A stretch of 64,000 bases of DNA from Utricularia gibba (GCA_002189035.1 NEEC01000007.1:682001-746000); one strand, 5' to 3'. Positions 13,457 through 26,626 are shown, counted from the stretch's first letter. A program made the numbers and translations. The notes: generated by a model from the letters alone, not told the origin.

Positions 13457-14968
13457 TCACGCCCATCTGGCTAGAATCGACATGCACCCCGCCCCCAGCA
13501 GAAGAGAAGTATAGGCACCCAACTGAAGTCTCACGCTGTTCTGCATCCTTGGGTTCATGAAATCGGCGGCGAGAAGATCGACGAGGGCCATGTAGATCAA
13601 AATTCCGGCGGAAGCCGAATTGAAAACCCCCTCCACGATCAACGCTCTCCGGCTGCTCTCCGTGTAGAAGCTCGATATTCCGATCCCTACTCCCACACCA
13701 ACCGGAGTCGTCAGTGAGAAGAACATCATCATGATCGCATTCGTCCACGATTCAAACTTCGCCTGCGACAAAATTAAAAAAAAAATAACAAACCAATATA
13801 TTCAAGACTCCAATTTTATTACCCAAGATATATTTTAAAAAAAAAAACGAAAATTCACACTTAACTTAAATGAAAATTAATAATGAAGATGACTAATTTT
13901 CATAACTGATCGGGTGTCCGTACAATCATTTTGTAAACCGGAACCACCGGATCAGGGATTCGGTTCGCTCCAAAAACCGGGTGAAAAATGCGAACCGGCT
14001 ATTTATGGAAATTGAGAAAGGTGAAATGGAATGACGACATGATGTGCAAAAGATGGAGATGATGACGACATGATCCCACCCGAGGCTACTTTTTGGGCCA
14101 GCCAGGCTTTCCACTCCGATACGCTAATGCGGATGGAAAAAGGGAAGGGACACGGGGACACGCACCTGAGAAATGCAGGCTCCCAGTCCCATGCCTTCGA
14201 AGAACTGGTGAAAGGAAAGCGCTGCTAGCAGCGGCTTGATCCTCTCCACGCTCTGCGACGCTCCGAGGGACACTCCGATGATCACCGAGTGCACCACGAT
14301 CCCGACCTCCATGACCTGCGTTCATGGCTGAGAATGAGATGCTTTTTTTTTGTTTGATTGATGATGAGAGGGAGCAGGTACTTTAGATATTATCCGTTGC
14401 CGGGCGAGGTCGAAGGATGGAGCAGCGCCGTGGGCATGGCCATGGGTGGCATGAGTGTGCACATGAACGTGTCCGTCATCATCGCCGTCGCCGTCGTCTA
14501 CGCCTTCCGGATCAATTACATTAACTTGCTTCTTGACGTGGACGTGGTTCCTCCGGAAGAATCCAGAGGCTGCAGTGTCGGCCGTGAGAGTCGCGACAGC
14601 CGCCATCATCGCGACGAACCCTGCGACCGGGAAATCCGCCCAGAGAGTGCCGTGGAGGCAGGGAGAGGTCAGACTGGAGAAGGCATCCGGTAAGATATGG
14701 ATAAACCCCGTGGCGAGGATCACCCCCGCGGCGAAAGCTTTGATCATGAAGAAAACGTCGTTTTCGGGGCGGAGGGAGTGGATTTTCCGGCCGAGAAAGG
14801 GCAGGCCGACACCAATCCCCCCGCAGCGAGGATCGCGGCGATTGAGATGAGTTTGTACATGAGAGCGTCGCGGTTGTGCCGGTGGCGGGGCTCCTCCCCG
14901 TCGCAGGTGCAGAGTCCGGAAACCGCCGCCGGGATTAGGGCAAGCGTGAGAATCGAGGAACTCATCAT
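13457..14968 (-). CDS. ZIP: ZIP (ZRT/IRT-like) zinc/iron transporter, ZIP1-like, 3 exons
   Basis: Signal peptide and [24 protein letters not shown], His-rich loop [49 protein letters not shown]. Introns at 14316-14381 and 13763-14165. One base is missing in the C run at 14817-14822. Confidence 0.95.
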
Positions 14969-15064
14969 CTTCGAATAGGCGATCGCGGACTGCGTGCGGA
15001 AGACGGAGTGAGTATATAGCTATTGCTTCAAGTGTCCCAACTCTGAACTCCAACCACCTTTTAA

Positions 15065-15181
15065 TCTCTATTACAACCCTTTAACTCATTTCAAAAATTC
15101 GGTTTTATTTGTATTTTTACAATATAAAATATGATTAAAAACGTAATATAATCAGCACGTGCACGTGCAAATGCACACTAG
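15065..15181 (+). mobile_element. Putative miniature non-autonomous Helitron
   Basis: 5' A|TCTCTATTA at 15064/65, AT-rich body, palindrome GCACGTGCACGTGC at 15155-15168, 9-nt spacer, and CTAG|T end at 15178-15181. This is the canonical Helitron terminal architecture with an A^T target and no TSD. Confidence 0.5.
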
Positions 15182-15690
15182 TTCGTTTCCATTGGACTAG
15201 ATATTTTGGTGGGATGGTGGATGAGCACGTTCCTGGTACAAACATCCTTTGCATTGCGCCATTCTTTCTTGTCAGATAAAAGGCAGTTTTTTTGGGTGGT
15301 TTTCAGCGACTATTCCCTTTTGACCCCCGTCCTCAGTTTGGTTGGATGTAAATTAAACAGGAGTCATTCGTTTTTTCTGGAATAAAGAGGGATTCTTGAC
15401 TGGTCATGTCGAGATTCGGGACACGACGCAGAGCAGCATATCGGAGCTTAACTCACGGTGGCAGCTTCTCCCAGATCGCCGGGAGCTCGCCGGAATGCCG
15501 CCCGGTTGTGCTGCATCAGCATGTGTTTATCTTTTCAATGAGAACTCTTAAGCTCACAAAGGATTACATAAGCACTACTAGAGAGGAGGGGAATTTCTGA
15601 CAATGGCTGCTTGCTTATTCTAAGGTTCTGATAAAGTAACAGCAGCGCTGCATCGCCATTTCTAGACAAGAGACGAGGAGGGTGTTGCGA

Positions 15691-18077
15691 TCAGACCTTG
15701 TGTTCTGGTCGGTGAGTGAACTCGAAGTCGATATGGACGAAAGCTCGTTCCACTTCCTGTATTTGTTCCAGCTTTATTTGCAGGGTCTCGCCGATGTTAT
15801 GGGCTTGGCTCAGCGGCATGTCTTCTGGTAGAACAATATCAACCTCGACGAAGTACTGCATGCCAAAGGTGTAAGCTCTCACTGTGTCGATGTGCTGGAT
15901 CTCTTTGTGATGGTTCCATACTAGATAAGTTAGTTTTGCTAGGAAATCCGGTGGGGCAGTCCTTCCGATGAGCGACCAGACATTTTCGAACACGGTCTTG
16001 GTCCATGTGTTGATGGTGTACAATGCTATCTGGATCAAAACAAAAAAAAAAAAAAAAAAAAAGCATCTCAGAGAAGTGTCTCAGACTCATGGATATGGGA
16101 GGTTTTATGTAAAACTAGACGACTCTGTTGCAAGAGGAGATGGATGGCTTACAAGTATGGCGCCAGTAGGATCAATCCACCAGGCGTACCTGACTGCTAG
16201 CACAGCAGTTACTAGGCCGACTGAGTTGGTTACCACATCAAAGAAGTGATCTTGTGCATATGCTCGGACGATTTCGTTGGTGAATCTGCGGCAATATAGC
16301 ATAAGTAGGAACTTCACCACTGTCACAGATACCATTATCCCTATCATCCACATCTCCTTTGTATGGTCCAATTCACGGCTAGGCTGATGGGGCATACGAC
16401 AGTCAAGAGGTTCCATTAAGACAAAGAGGCAACTAGAAGCAATGTAAAGTGTATTTTCACGGTTGATTTGGAGGTTTGAGATTAGTGGCATACCTTTGAC
16501 ATTAGCTGCCTACCAGATTCAAGTATGATTTGCAATCCCAGAGTGGCCATTACTGATGCAAACACAATAATCCCTTGATCAAGCGAAGAACAAAAGTCAG
16601 CATCGAATTTTTGAATCAAGATGCAATTATCATTGTGTTTGTGATCAAGGCACACGGAAGGACAAGAATACACAATATTATGCATTACCACTGGTTGCAT
16701 CCGCCTCTTCCCAATTGGATAGTGGTACTGATTTGGCTTCTTCATGGCATATGCCGTGAACCAGAGGATCAGACCAGACAAGAGGTCTAGCAAGGAATCC
16801 AAAGTCGATGCAATAACAGCCATTGACTTGCTCTCCACTGAAGCATAAACTTTTGCCGTAAAAAGTAGCAAATTAAAAGCATTCGACACATGAATTGCCA
16901 TCCTCTCACTCTTCGCAAGCTGTTTCATTTCATCCTGAAACAAATGAAAGAAGAAAACAGTAACAGAGATCAAAAGGAGTCACGACACGAATTATATCTA
17001 AGGACCCTCATGCTGAAAAGCAGGACATGGTGAAAAAACAACGAAAAGCCAACCTCTGTAAGAGCGTCTGGTAAGAATCCGGTTTCGTGCATACTCTCCA
17101 TTTCATTAAAGCCATCTAGGAGCCTCTGCTGCCTCTTGTAATATTCAGCAATGTTTCGTTGTTTTCCTGCGACATGGAGAGTATGAAATACAATTGAAGG
17201 AAAGAGGGGAAAGAAAAAATAAACGGAAACCATGAGACAGGGAGGAATCCAGACATGAACCGAAGATTTCCAAAATCACACCAAACTAAACAAAGTGATC
17301 AAAAGCCTAAAGATGTACCAAGAAAGTTTTTTGCAAACCAGCTGCTCATCTTGACGGAAGAGGCATACAGAATTTCCATTTTTTTTTTCTGAAATGACTT
17401 CTAAACTTGTGAAAATATGCTTCAAACGCTTCAGAATCAAAAGTTCCCTGTTGCTTTTGAAAATTCTGTGCCAAAATTATGCCTTTTCAGAGATTCTAGC
17501 ACCAATCGTGGTACCCATCCACTTTACTACTACACGTTAGGCTGAAGACCATATTCAGAGTTGCATCTACTCAAAAAGCTTCAAATCAAATCAATGACGT
17601 TTCGAGGGCCATATCCTTAAACAAAATTAAAGGAATCCCCCACAACGATACAATTCGATTGAGAATGAATCAAAAGCTACTCATAACACAGAATCATCCC
17701 TGAAACCACAAATTAAGCAAACATCATAGAAATGCATCCGCATCAGATTCCCAACAGAACAATAACTTGGCACATTACCACAATACCTTAACGTAGCATG
17801 ACCAAAAAAGTCAGAACAAAGAATCCGACACGGGATGAATCACTCAAAAAAAAAGGAAATAAATACAAATCCGAAAAAGCCAACAATTGTACGAAACTAC
17901 ACACTCACTTCTCTTCCCCATAATCCTCCGAAAATCGAAGGAGCGGTTGTGAGAATCAGATCTGCGCTCCGGCAACCTGAACTTATCGATGTCCAACCTC
18001 CAGGAAGACGATTCGCCTTCATTCTCCGGCCCCAGAAGCTCCCTGCAACTCTCTCCGGCTATTCTCCCGATCTCCAT
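15691..18077 (-). CDS. MTP10: Metal tolerance protein (Mn-CDF, MTP9/MTP10 type), 6 exons
   Basis: [80 protein letters not shown] and [21 protein letters not shown]9 versus MTP10 cannot be resolved by eye. Confidence 0.93.
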
Positions 18078-19381
18078 CGCCGGATTTGGAGAATAAATCT
18101 CGAGTGCGACGCTGGGAGAGTTTTGTTACGTAAACCTGACGACCAACTCCATATATCTCAACAGAAGCATGAAACGAAAGCGCCACTACCCCCCAAAACC
18201 GCCACTCCCCGAAATACGGGGCTAATTAATTAATTTACCTTTTAAATATTTCTTATTTTTTCTTATCCAAAAATTTTACTAATAGAAATATATTTTACCT
18301 AAAATAATATTATTGGGTAATTTTATTTTTCTATTTAAATATATTTATATTAATAATTCGATTTAATGACCTCGCGCAGGATCACACTCAATCAAGACAC
18401 CAATATTCAACGCAATTAGTACCTATCGAATATCAGCGACGTAAAATACGGATCATACAATAAAAAAAATATTAGATTGTAATTCTTTTTATATTTTTAA
18501 ATCAAACAAAAAGTAAACGTGGCCCTCCGCGCACACCAAATGCAGGGGCGTGGCCCCCGTGTCCCCGTGTCTCTTTGCGTCTTTATAAAAAGATGTCCCC
18601 CACCAGCACCCTCTTTCCCTTCTGGTTTAAGTTTTAACACATACTATTTTAGGCGCATGAGGAAAACCGGACACGTAGTAGTTGTTAATTCTTGTAAGAG
18701 TAAATTATAATATCACATGGGAATTAATATTCGTGAACAAGGAGTTGTATGCCAAATATAGAAACAAACAAAACCGGCGGTTGGAAAGAACCGCACGCTG
18801 CCTTTTGGCGAGTAGGAGTCGCGGTGTCGACGTGTCGTTGTCAACCCCAGCTATTATCCACCCGCACCCACCAAGGGATAAGAGTCTTTTTTTTCTTTTT
18901 TTTAAATAAAGTGTCAAAAATGGAAACGGGCAGTTGACTTTTTAATAATGGGGGAAACTAAAGTAAGCCCATATATACGCATCGTGGCTGACTTGGCCCA
19001 TTTAGAGGCCCACGTTGTCTGGGAGAGACGAAAACGATGTTTAACTCATTTTTTTAATTTATTCATGATTTCAAATTTAAATTTTTTTACAGAGTAAAAT
19101 CATAGTAAAAATTAAAATAATTATTTAAATTTAACATTTTTAAGTTTCAAAATTAAATTCTATATTTTTAAAATATTATTCTGGAGTGTGTTTTTCCGTG
19201 GTTGCTATTATTACGTAATATTTGCTATTTGATATTGTTTAATAAATAGGATAAGAAAAAGACTCATCGTCCACTCATTTCCTTTCCCTCCAAAAAAAAA
19301 GAAAAAAAAATCATGCTCATGCATGGAGCAAACCACCATTTTCTTTTCTTCACCGGTGGAATCTTCTTTCATTTTTCCGCC

Positions 19382-20050
19382 ATGCCCGCACCTCCACAGC
19401 ACTACGTCATGATCAACGGGCCGTCGAGGGGGGCTGCGTTGCCGCCGGGATACAAGCCCAATTCCGGCGGACGGACCTGCCTCTGGTGCCTGTGCTGCTG
19501 TTGCAGCTTCCTTGTCCTCCTCATCGTCCTTTTCGTGGCAATTCCTGTGTATTTCTGCATCATTTACGAACCAAAAGCCCCTTCTTACAACGTCCAGAAT
19601 TTCGAGGTGAAGGCCTTGAATTTCCAGCCTGATTTCAGCCTGTTCTCCCGCTTCATCGTCACCGTCAAGGCTGACAACCCCAACTCCGATATCGGGTTCA
19701 TATACGGCGACGGTAGCACCGTAGACGTCGTTTACTCCGGGAGCCAACTGTGCGCCGGAAAACTGCCAAGCTTCTACCAAGGCCATAGGAACATTACGAT
19801 GATTGCTGTGGAGCTGACAGGGAAAAGCGAATTCGGGTCGGGGCTGCAGGAAGCGATGATGGATAGTCGGAAGAATCACAAGGTTCCACTTCTGGTGAAG
19901 GTTAGGGTTCCGGTGAGAGTGGTGATCGGAGAGTTTCGTCTCCGGCAGATGATGGTGCTCGTGAACTGCTCCTTGGTGGTGGACAATCTGGCCCCTAACC
20001 AGAAAATTGGGATCCTTTCGAGCAACACCACCTTCAAAGTTGAGTTCTGA
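19382..20050 (+). CDS. NDR1/HIN1-like (LEA_2 domain) protein, intronless
   Basis: Cys-rich CLWCLCCCC followed by a TM helix, then PKAPSYNV, NPNSDIGFIY, LPSFYQGHRN and VVDNL. Confidence 0.88.
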   Translation: MPAPPQHYVMINGPSRGAALPPGYKPNSGGRTCLWCLCCCCSFLVLLIVLFVAIPVYFCIIYEPKAPSYNVQNFEVKALNFQPDFSLFSRFIVTVKADNPNSDIGFIYGDGSTVDVVYSGSQLCAGKLPSFYQGHRNITMIAVELTGKSEFGSGLQEAMMDSRKNHKVPLLVKVRVPVRVVIGEFRLRQMMVLVNCSLVVDNLAPNQKIGILSSNTTFKVEF

Positions 20051-20283
20051 TCCATGATGTTGAACACCTCATGTACAAACATTTAGATGCAATTACACTT
20101 GTAATACATTTGCTGCAACTGTGAGCATCCCGGCCTGAAGATGGTGGCAAAAAAGAAGCAAACTACTCTGAAACTGCAGGCAACTCAACTGTTTACCTAG
20201 GAATCTTGTTGCTAATCTAACCTCAAATAATTTATTTCCTACAAGAGCATATAGTTCATCGGAGGTGGTGATCATAGGGAGGA

Positions 20284-23200
20284 TCAGGAGTCAGTCTGAT
20301 GGCACAAACCGGAATATACGGCGTTGCGGAAGAGGGGGTGAGCATCTTCAGTTAATACCTCTGCGTCCAGCTTCTCCATTAATGGCCAAATCTGTTAATC
20401 ATTGGAGAGGAAGACGATAAGAACCAAAAAAGAGATAAAAGAACACGGTGCAGGAGAAATAAGGATCAGTTAGAAATGAAGCTAAGAGCAGGATCATCAG
20501 AAATCAAACCTCAGAAGCATATTGGCGAGTGATGGCCTTGGCATACCCCAGCGTTGATAAGCACCATTGTTCCTTTTCACTGAGACTGTAACCATTTTTA
20601 GGCCTCTCGCCGTTGTGGTGGCTGCAGCATAAAACATTTTGATACAGTTAAGATAAATAGCCAAGCATGCAATATCCAAGAGGGAAAAACTCATAACCCA
20701 GATCCCCAATGGCTCTGCAGATGAATAAGTTTGAAGATTGGGAGAGACGGAATCTAATGCTTTTTGGGGAAATGGTGGAAGACACAGAACTGGATGAATC
20801 ACAGCACCTTTTCTCTTGTCTCTCATCATCTGCACTTAAGTCCACTGTGGTTGTATCCTCTTGGTCTACAGCCATTCCATCTCTCCCATCGGCCAAGCCC
20901 AGTAATCCATCCGTTTCTCCAATTTTTTCAGCCAGTACAAGAGCGAAGCTTTTGAACAACAAAAGGAATAATTCCTGATGCATATAGTCAACTTAATGAG
21001 ATGAACCCAAGTATAGACACACATGAATGAAACAAAACTGATTTCCATATACCTGAATTTCAGCAACAGCCTGACCAAGAAGAACCTGCTTCGACTCTAG
21101 TGACTCGCGTATAGAAATCTCTGCTGCCTTGGTTCTCTCAATGTTAAAATTCAACCGCTTCATCTTTACTGGATTTTCATTGAGAACAGGTTCACCATTC
21201 ACAAGAGTGAGAGTGAGTTTTGACTTGGCATCCTCCAGTTCATCTACAGCTTTTGATGCAGCTTCAGCAGCAGATACAATACCCTTCTTTAGTGAATTCA
21301 GCTCTTTTCTAAGATCAGCAATACGATTGAATGTCTTTGAAACAGAATTTCTCAGAATCTGCAAAAGAAAAAAGATGCGTGAATGATATTCTAGCATTGT
21401 CAAATGGAACAAAAGATGAATTTCTATAGTACGGAAAAATTTGAAATTTTGAAGCATTCATATAACACCTCCCATGGCCGATCAGAAGTGTGAAATTCGT
21501 TGGTATTTGTCTCAGAGAAAACCCATCTAATGATCGCAACATTTGATACAATTCGGTATCCCATCATTCTGTCAATGCAGATTGCTGTCATTTGGGCATT
21601 ATTCTTCCAGAAGGAACGCACTTCATTGATCAGCATGATTTGCTTGTCCTCGTCTGGACAAATCCTTGAGAAGACTTGACCATACCTTTCCAGAACGGTA
21701 ATTAAATGGGTAAAACTTTTTGAACCGATATTTAGAAGGGTCTGTACAACCACTCTAATTGTAATATCTAGCCCATGGGCTGGAAGGATTTGCTCTTCAA
21801 CCCACTTTAACATTTCCTGCAGCGTTAATCTTTCCTTAACCATGCCATTTAGTTCAGATGAAAGACCACGCTCAGTTAGATCCCCATCTTCCCCACTGTA
21901 TATGAAATCAGGGGTACCCTTTGGCGGTAGTAATTCTTCCAATTGAGGGGCACTCTCAATGCTCTGAACAAGAAAAATGACCCAAGTAAGGGGAATTGCC
22001 ACTCATCTTCATGAAAAAACTATCATAAAAAAATATTGAAAACACCAAACTACAGATACATTGAATCAGTGGATATATCACTGGTCATCCATTCCATGAG
22101 CCCAAAAGAACACAACGCAGCAAACCAAAAGCTCCAAGAAGAAACATCACAAACACAGAAAAATGCGCTTACTGTTGTTTTATACTTCTAAATTAAGGAG
22201 ATTCATTCTCAAGCAATCATGATATCTCCATAAAAAAAATAAAAAATAAAAAAATTCAAAGGCCATTATTTATTTTTTTAAAAAAAGAATTAAAATCTAG
22301 GACCCACAAAGTTGGATTCATGTAAGCTAGCTGCAGGACTGGATTCCAAAAAACCAATTTAGGGGTATGCAAAAAAAAATAACTGAATGTATGAATGAAT
22401 GATAAATTACCTGCTTGATTCTGTCCCAGTATGATAAACGAACTTCTCGTTCAAAAACCTCCTGAACAAATACTCTCTGTGGTGCCCACTTTGGAAGATC
22501 CAGCACAAAGGACCATTCTTCCCATGGCCAAATAAACTGAAAATTGGATCTGTCCATCGGGTCATAAAAATTTGGATGCAAAATGAGACATCCAGAATCA
22601 AATCATTTTCCAACATGAGGAAGAAACGGTGTAAAATGAAACTCACAAGTGGTGTGAAAACCAAAGGACAAGACGATTCCGACACTCCATGTCCATATCA
22701 GAAACCTTGTTGAAAAGAGAACGAACAGCACTGGCAACTACAGCTGGAAAGGCACCTGGAAGGGCCTGAAAAATTGTTGCTGTAAAAATACTGGAAACGC
22801 TGGCAGGAATGATTTTCAGCATCTTAAAGCACATTCGAGCATTTGAAAATTAGGCAACTACCTTGCAAAGGTCCATGATGACCAATGTATAATATACAGG
22901 TTTGAAAGGAGGATGCGGCAACAGGAGAATCTGCAATTAAAACAACTGGAAATAAGATAGGTCCAAGCACTAATAATATATGTCTCATTCATGCTGCTAT
23001 GATGTGAAATAGAATTGGCAACCCTACTGATAGTTGCAACTGCTATGATGTGAAATAGAATTGGCAACCCTACTGATAGTTGCAACTGCTATGATGTGAA
23101 ATAGAATTGGCAACCCTACTGATAGTTGCAACTGCTATGATGTGAAATAGAATTGGCAACCCTACTGATAGTTGCAACTGCTATGAAATCTGCAATTTCG

Positions 23201-26200
23201 AAATGGATATTTATTTTTTATGCAGCTGCCAAGGTTATCAATCAACCAAGTATTGCTGCTACTTTTTATAATTGTATATGCATCTATAACTAGTTAAAAA
23301 AACAAAAGCACGAGTAAATAAAAGATGCAGGAGCAACATTGACTATTTCCAGCTTCGACACATTACCTGAGAGAATATTGTCTCAGCCATTAGGTATTCA
23401 TAGCGAAAGGGAACAGGCAAGCCCACCATGGAAGAAGCACATTCCTTCCGACTAACTTTCCAGTAAGAGAAAGAAAAGGAGTGAAGACTAGATATACCAA
23501 CGGAGTAAAATACTCATGAACCATTTCTAACAGTCAAGGCCCGATGATTAACATTAACATTTCAACACTATTCTGAAGAAAACTAAAATTGAGATGATTT
23601 CTAGAAATGACATAAGATCTATCACTCTATATTAAAAACACACGCAGCCACACTGCAACCAACACATTAAGCAAGGATATGGAGTATTCCGAATAAATGA
23701 AAAACCAAACACACTCACCATCCATTTAGGAATAAAAGGACATCCAACAAGTACTCTTCCATTATGAATCGATCTATAGGTTGCAAATCCTACAAACACC
23801 ACAAGAAAATGAGCTTTTTTTTGAAGCAACAAGGTTTCCAAGGATACAAAGTTCATTTATATCTTGGCGCACTTCTCATCATGCAATAAGACCAATAAAG
23901 TTCATTCATATACAGATGTTACACTATGAAAGTTCATGATAAATGCAGATTATTTGTGTGGGTTATCATGTCAGTTAAATGCAGTGCATCATTGGTGTAT
24001 GGGTTTGTCATGACAAGAACATAAAATACGAATGAATAACTCAAAACAGAAGTTCCAAAAGCATGTCAGTATCTCACACAAAAGCATACTAATGCACTAC
24101 TGTTGTACTCTCAAGTGCTTACCCCTGTCTTACTAGCAGGAAATATTTGAAGTCTACGAATACGTTGAGGATATTTTAGATCAGCTTCATGCTTCTGTTT
24201 CCCAGATGCTATTGACGAGGCAGAGATTAGAGGATCGGGAGGTTCTGGGCAGTTCACCAGGCCAAAATCATGGGATTTCCCAGCACCAAGCTGATCTTCA
24301 AAGAAGAGTTGTGGTCTAGGAACTAAAAAATTGGAAAAAAAATAGTTGCGATGGTTAAATCATTTGATATGGTTGAAGTAACAAATAAATTATGCAAAAA
24401 ATCTTCACGTGTGATTCCGCTTGTGAATTAATCACCAGGGTACTTGTGGTTCCATCAATGTTTTGATGTTTATCCACATAGGATTCCACATTAAAACTTC
24501 CACAGCATAAAGGTTCCCACTCAAATGCATTTCAATATGATTAAACAAGAGCATGGGGAAAAACCAAGCCAAAAAGAAAGCAAAACCCAGACAACATACC
24601 ACTATCCAACTTCCAGTTATTGTTGGAGAGATCCTGTATTCGACTCCATAAATCTTCCAAAAGGTCCTGAAGGATAGATTATTGAAGACGTTAATAAAGG
24701 GAAAATCAACTGAAGCCCGTCATTCAGTTTATTTTCTGAATGCTTTACAGTTACGCTGAAATTACTTTATTATCATCCTCCTGAGTTCTTCCATCAATAG
24801 AACTGAACACAGAGTAGCCAGCATCCGACACATGCTTTCGTATACTCATGTATGCTTGTATACCAACCATAACCCTATCGATCTCCTCAGGAACTTGCTG
24901 AAAAAAATGAAATTTACCAACCTTAACACGAAAAATGTATTAAATATAATAGATTCTATCAAAAACAAAACAAAGTTATTGCCCAAAATTTACCCAAACT
25001 AAACTGAGCCTTAGCCTAACAATATACCATTCAAAAATTCACAAATCGTTTCAAACCAATAACAAGAAGCACGTGGTACTAAGGAGGCGAAATGAAACTT
25101 ACTTCAAAAAGCTCAGATCCTCCCCACGGAAGACAAGACAAGACACAGGTAATATAAAAGTCCGCACAAGACTGCCAACAGGGATTCCCCTTCTCTTCAT
25201 CCACTGTTGTTGCTGCTGATGATATTAACGTTTCAAACAGAACAACCAATGAACTCGGTTGTAGAACTTTGCTGCACATCTTCATTACAGAAAAAAGGGA
25301 TTCAGAAAACGTTATATGATATGGACAAGCAACAGCCCGCTATCTAAAAAGGAACAAATTATAGAATTTCTCTGCTGACAAGATTATGCCAAAATAATTA
25401 CATAATTCCTCATCACCATATAACTACTTAAAAGGAACTTTAAGTTTCTTCAAAACAATTTCGTAATCATGTGAGAAGAAAGATAATACATACCAAGGTG
25501 GTAAGAAAGCGCATAAGAACACGTATTCTATTACAATTCCCAGCATGCAGCGCATCCTGCCCAAAAGGACGTTCGAAGTTCAACAAAGGAAAAATTCATG
25601 TGTTAATATAAACAGAACAGGGGAATCTACAGTTGTTCTACAAACAGGAACTGCAGTGACATGAATCCTACAATCACATGTTGTAAAAGAAGCCTATGCT
25701 TACCTGCAAATTTCCATGAACATTCTCTAATGCTTTGCTTACAAAGTCTTCATCTTCTAAATTTATAAGGCCAACCTGTGGAACAGCAGAAAGAATAAAA
25801 ACTTGAGAACGTTTAGCCTCCAGACTATCAATCATCATATCTATGAGAAACGTTTTATGGACAGACCATCAAAAAAACGCACTAGGGCACTATTTCCACA
25901 TAGGCACAGAAGAAATACAAAGACGAAATAGTATAGTTTATTCCTAGATTAAACATCAAGGTGCAGTGTGATGCGTGTTTTTCAATTTAATATTAAAAAA
26001 ACTAAACACAGCAATTTTAAGGCAGACAAACACATCATCACCTAAACCCACAAGGATAAAATCAGGGAGAAAAGGCCAGTAAAACCTTAAAATAAAGGTC
26101 GTACCAACGTCCCATATAAAGGAGCCTTGTGAGGTAACTCTTCAGCGCATTGCAGAAGAAACTACATGGATAATGTTAAGAAAAGATTAACACTAGAGCA

Positions 26201-26626
26201 CTGGGATAAAATGAAAAAACTTCAAAAATTAAATTAATTGGGATGCCAAAACATAAGCCAGAAACAACTCTATGAAATTAAGGAGACAAAAAGTTCTTAC
26301 CGGCAAAATCTGGTCAGCCGCTTGCGACAGTTCACCGCTGACTACTCCTAAACAAGCCTCCTACAAGAACAAACCCTTTAGTGGTCAATATTCAGCAACG
26401 AAACTGCAATTGGATCAAGAAAAACTTCCAAAAATGGCATGAGAGCGCATATGGAGCGACCAAATAACACACTTTTACAGCAAATCTTCCCAAAAGACAA
26501 GCAGAGGACAAGAAAGAACTAGGGTTTTGTCAATGTACTAACAAGTTGGTCTTTGTACTCTGTAACTCCGTCGTACTCCGAGCATTTCTCCCCAAGTCGA
26601 AGCAGTAGACTTCTCCAACTGCTCAT
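20284..26626 (-). CDS. ABH1: Nuclear cap-binding protein subunit 1 (CBP80), about 19 exons
   Basis: MSSWRSLLLRLGEK, QCAEELPHK, DEEKGNPCWQ, YPQRIRRL, LNGCRKEC, ALPGAFPAVVA, SNFQFIWPWEEW, GSKSFTHL and IDRMMGYR. The exons I checked splice in frame. Confidence 0.96.
22995..23186. repeat. Perfect tandem repeat, 46-bp unit x 4 plus 8 bp, in a CBP80 intron
   Basis: Unit TGCTATGATGTGAAATAGAATTGGCAACCCTACTGATAGTTGCAAC starts at 22995, 23041, 23087 and 23133 with no mismatches and no spacers. Confidence 0.97.

Noticed and set aside
5525-18077. PHL, ZIP and MTP as an operon-like nutrient cluster
   Set aside because: Unrelated genes (ALIS, methyltransferase) intervene, and no clear P1BS enrichment was seen. 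Only the ZIP-MTP adjacency was kept.
19211-19879. 222-aa ORF antisense to the NHL gene, and similar ORFs over ZIP, SAUR, GIR1-like and BRG exons
   Set aside because: Shadow ORFs of GC-rich coding sequence with no recognisable motifs.
22995-23186. 46-bp repeats as a CRISPR array
   Set aside because: The units are contiguous with no spacers, lie in a spliceosomal intron, and no cas genes are present.
23840-23850. GTATCCTT on the minus strand as a U12 5' splice site in CBP80
   Set aside because: It lies mid-intron. The flanking exons join in frame through ordinary GT-AG sites.
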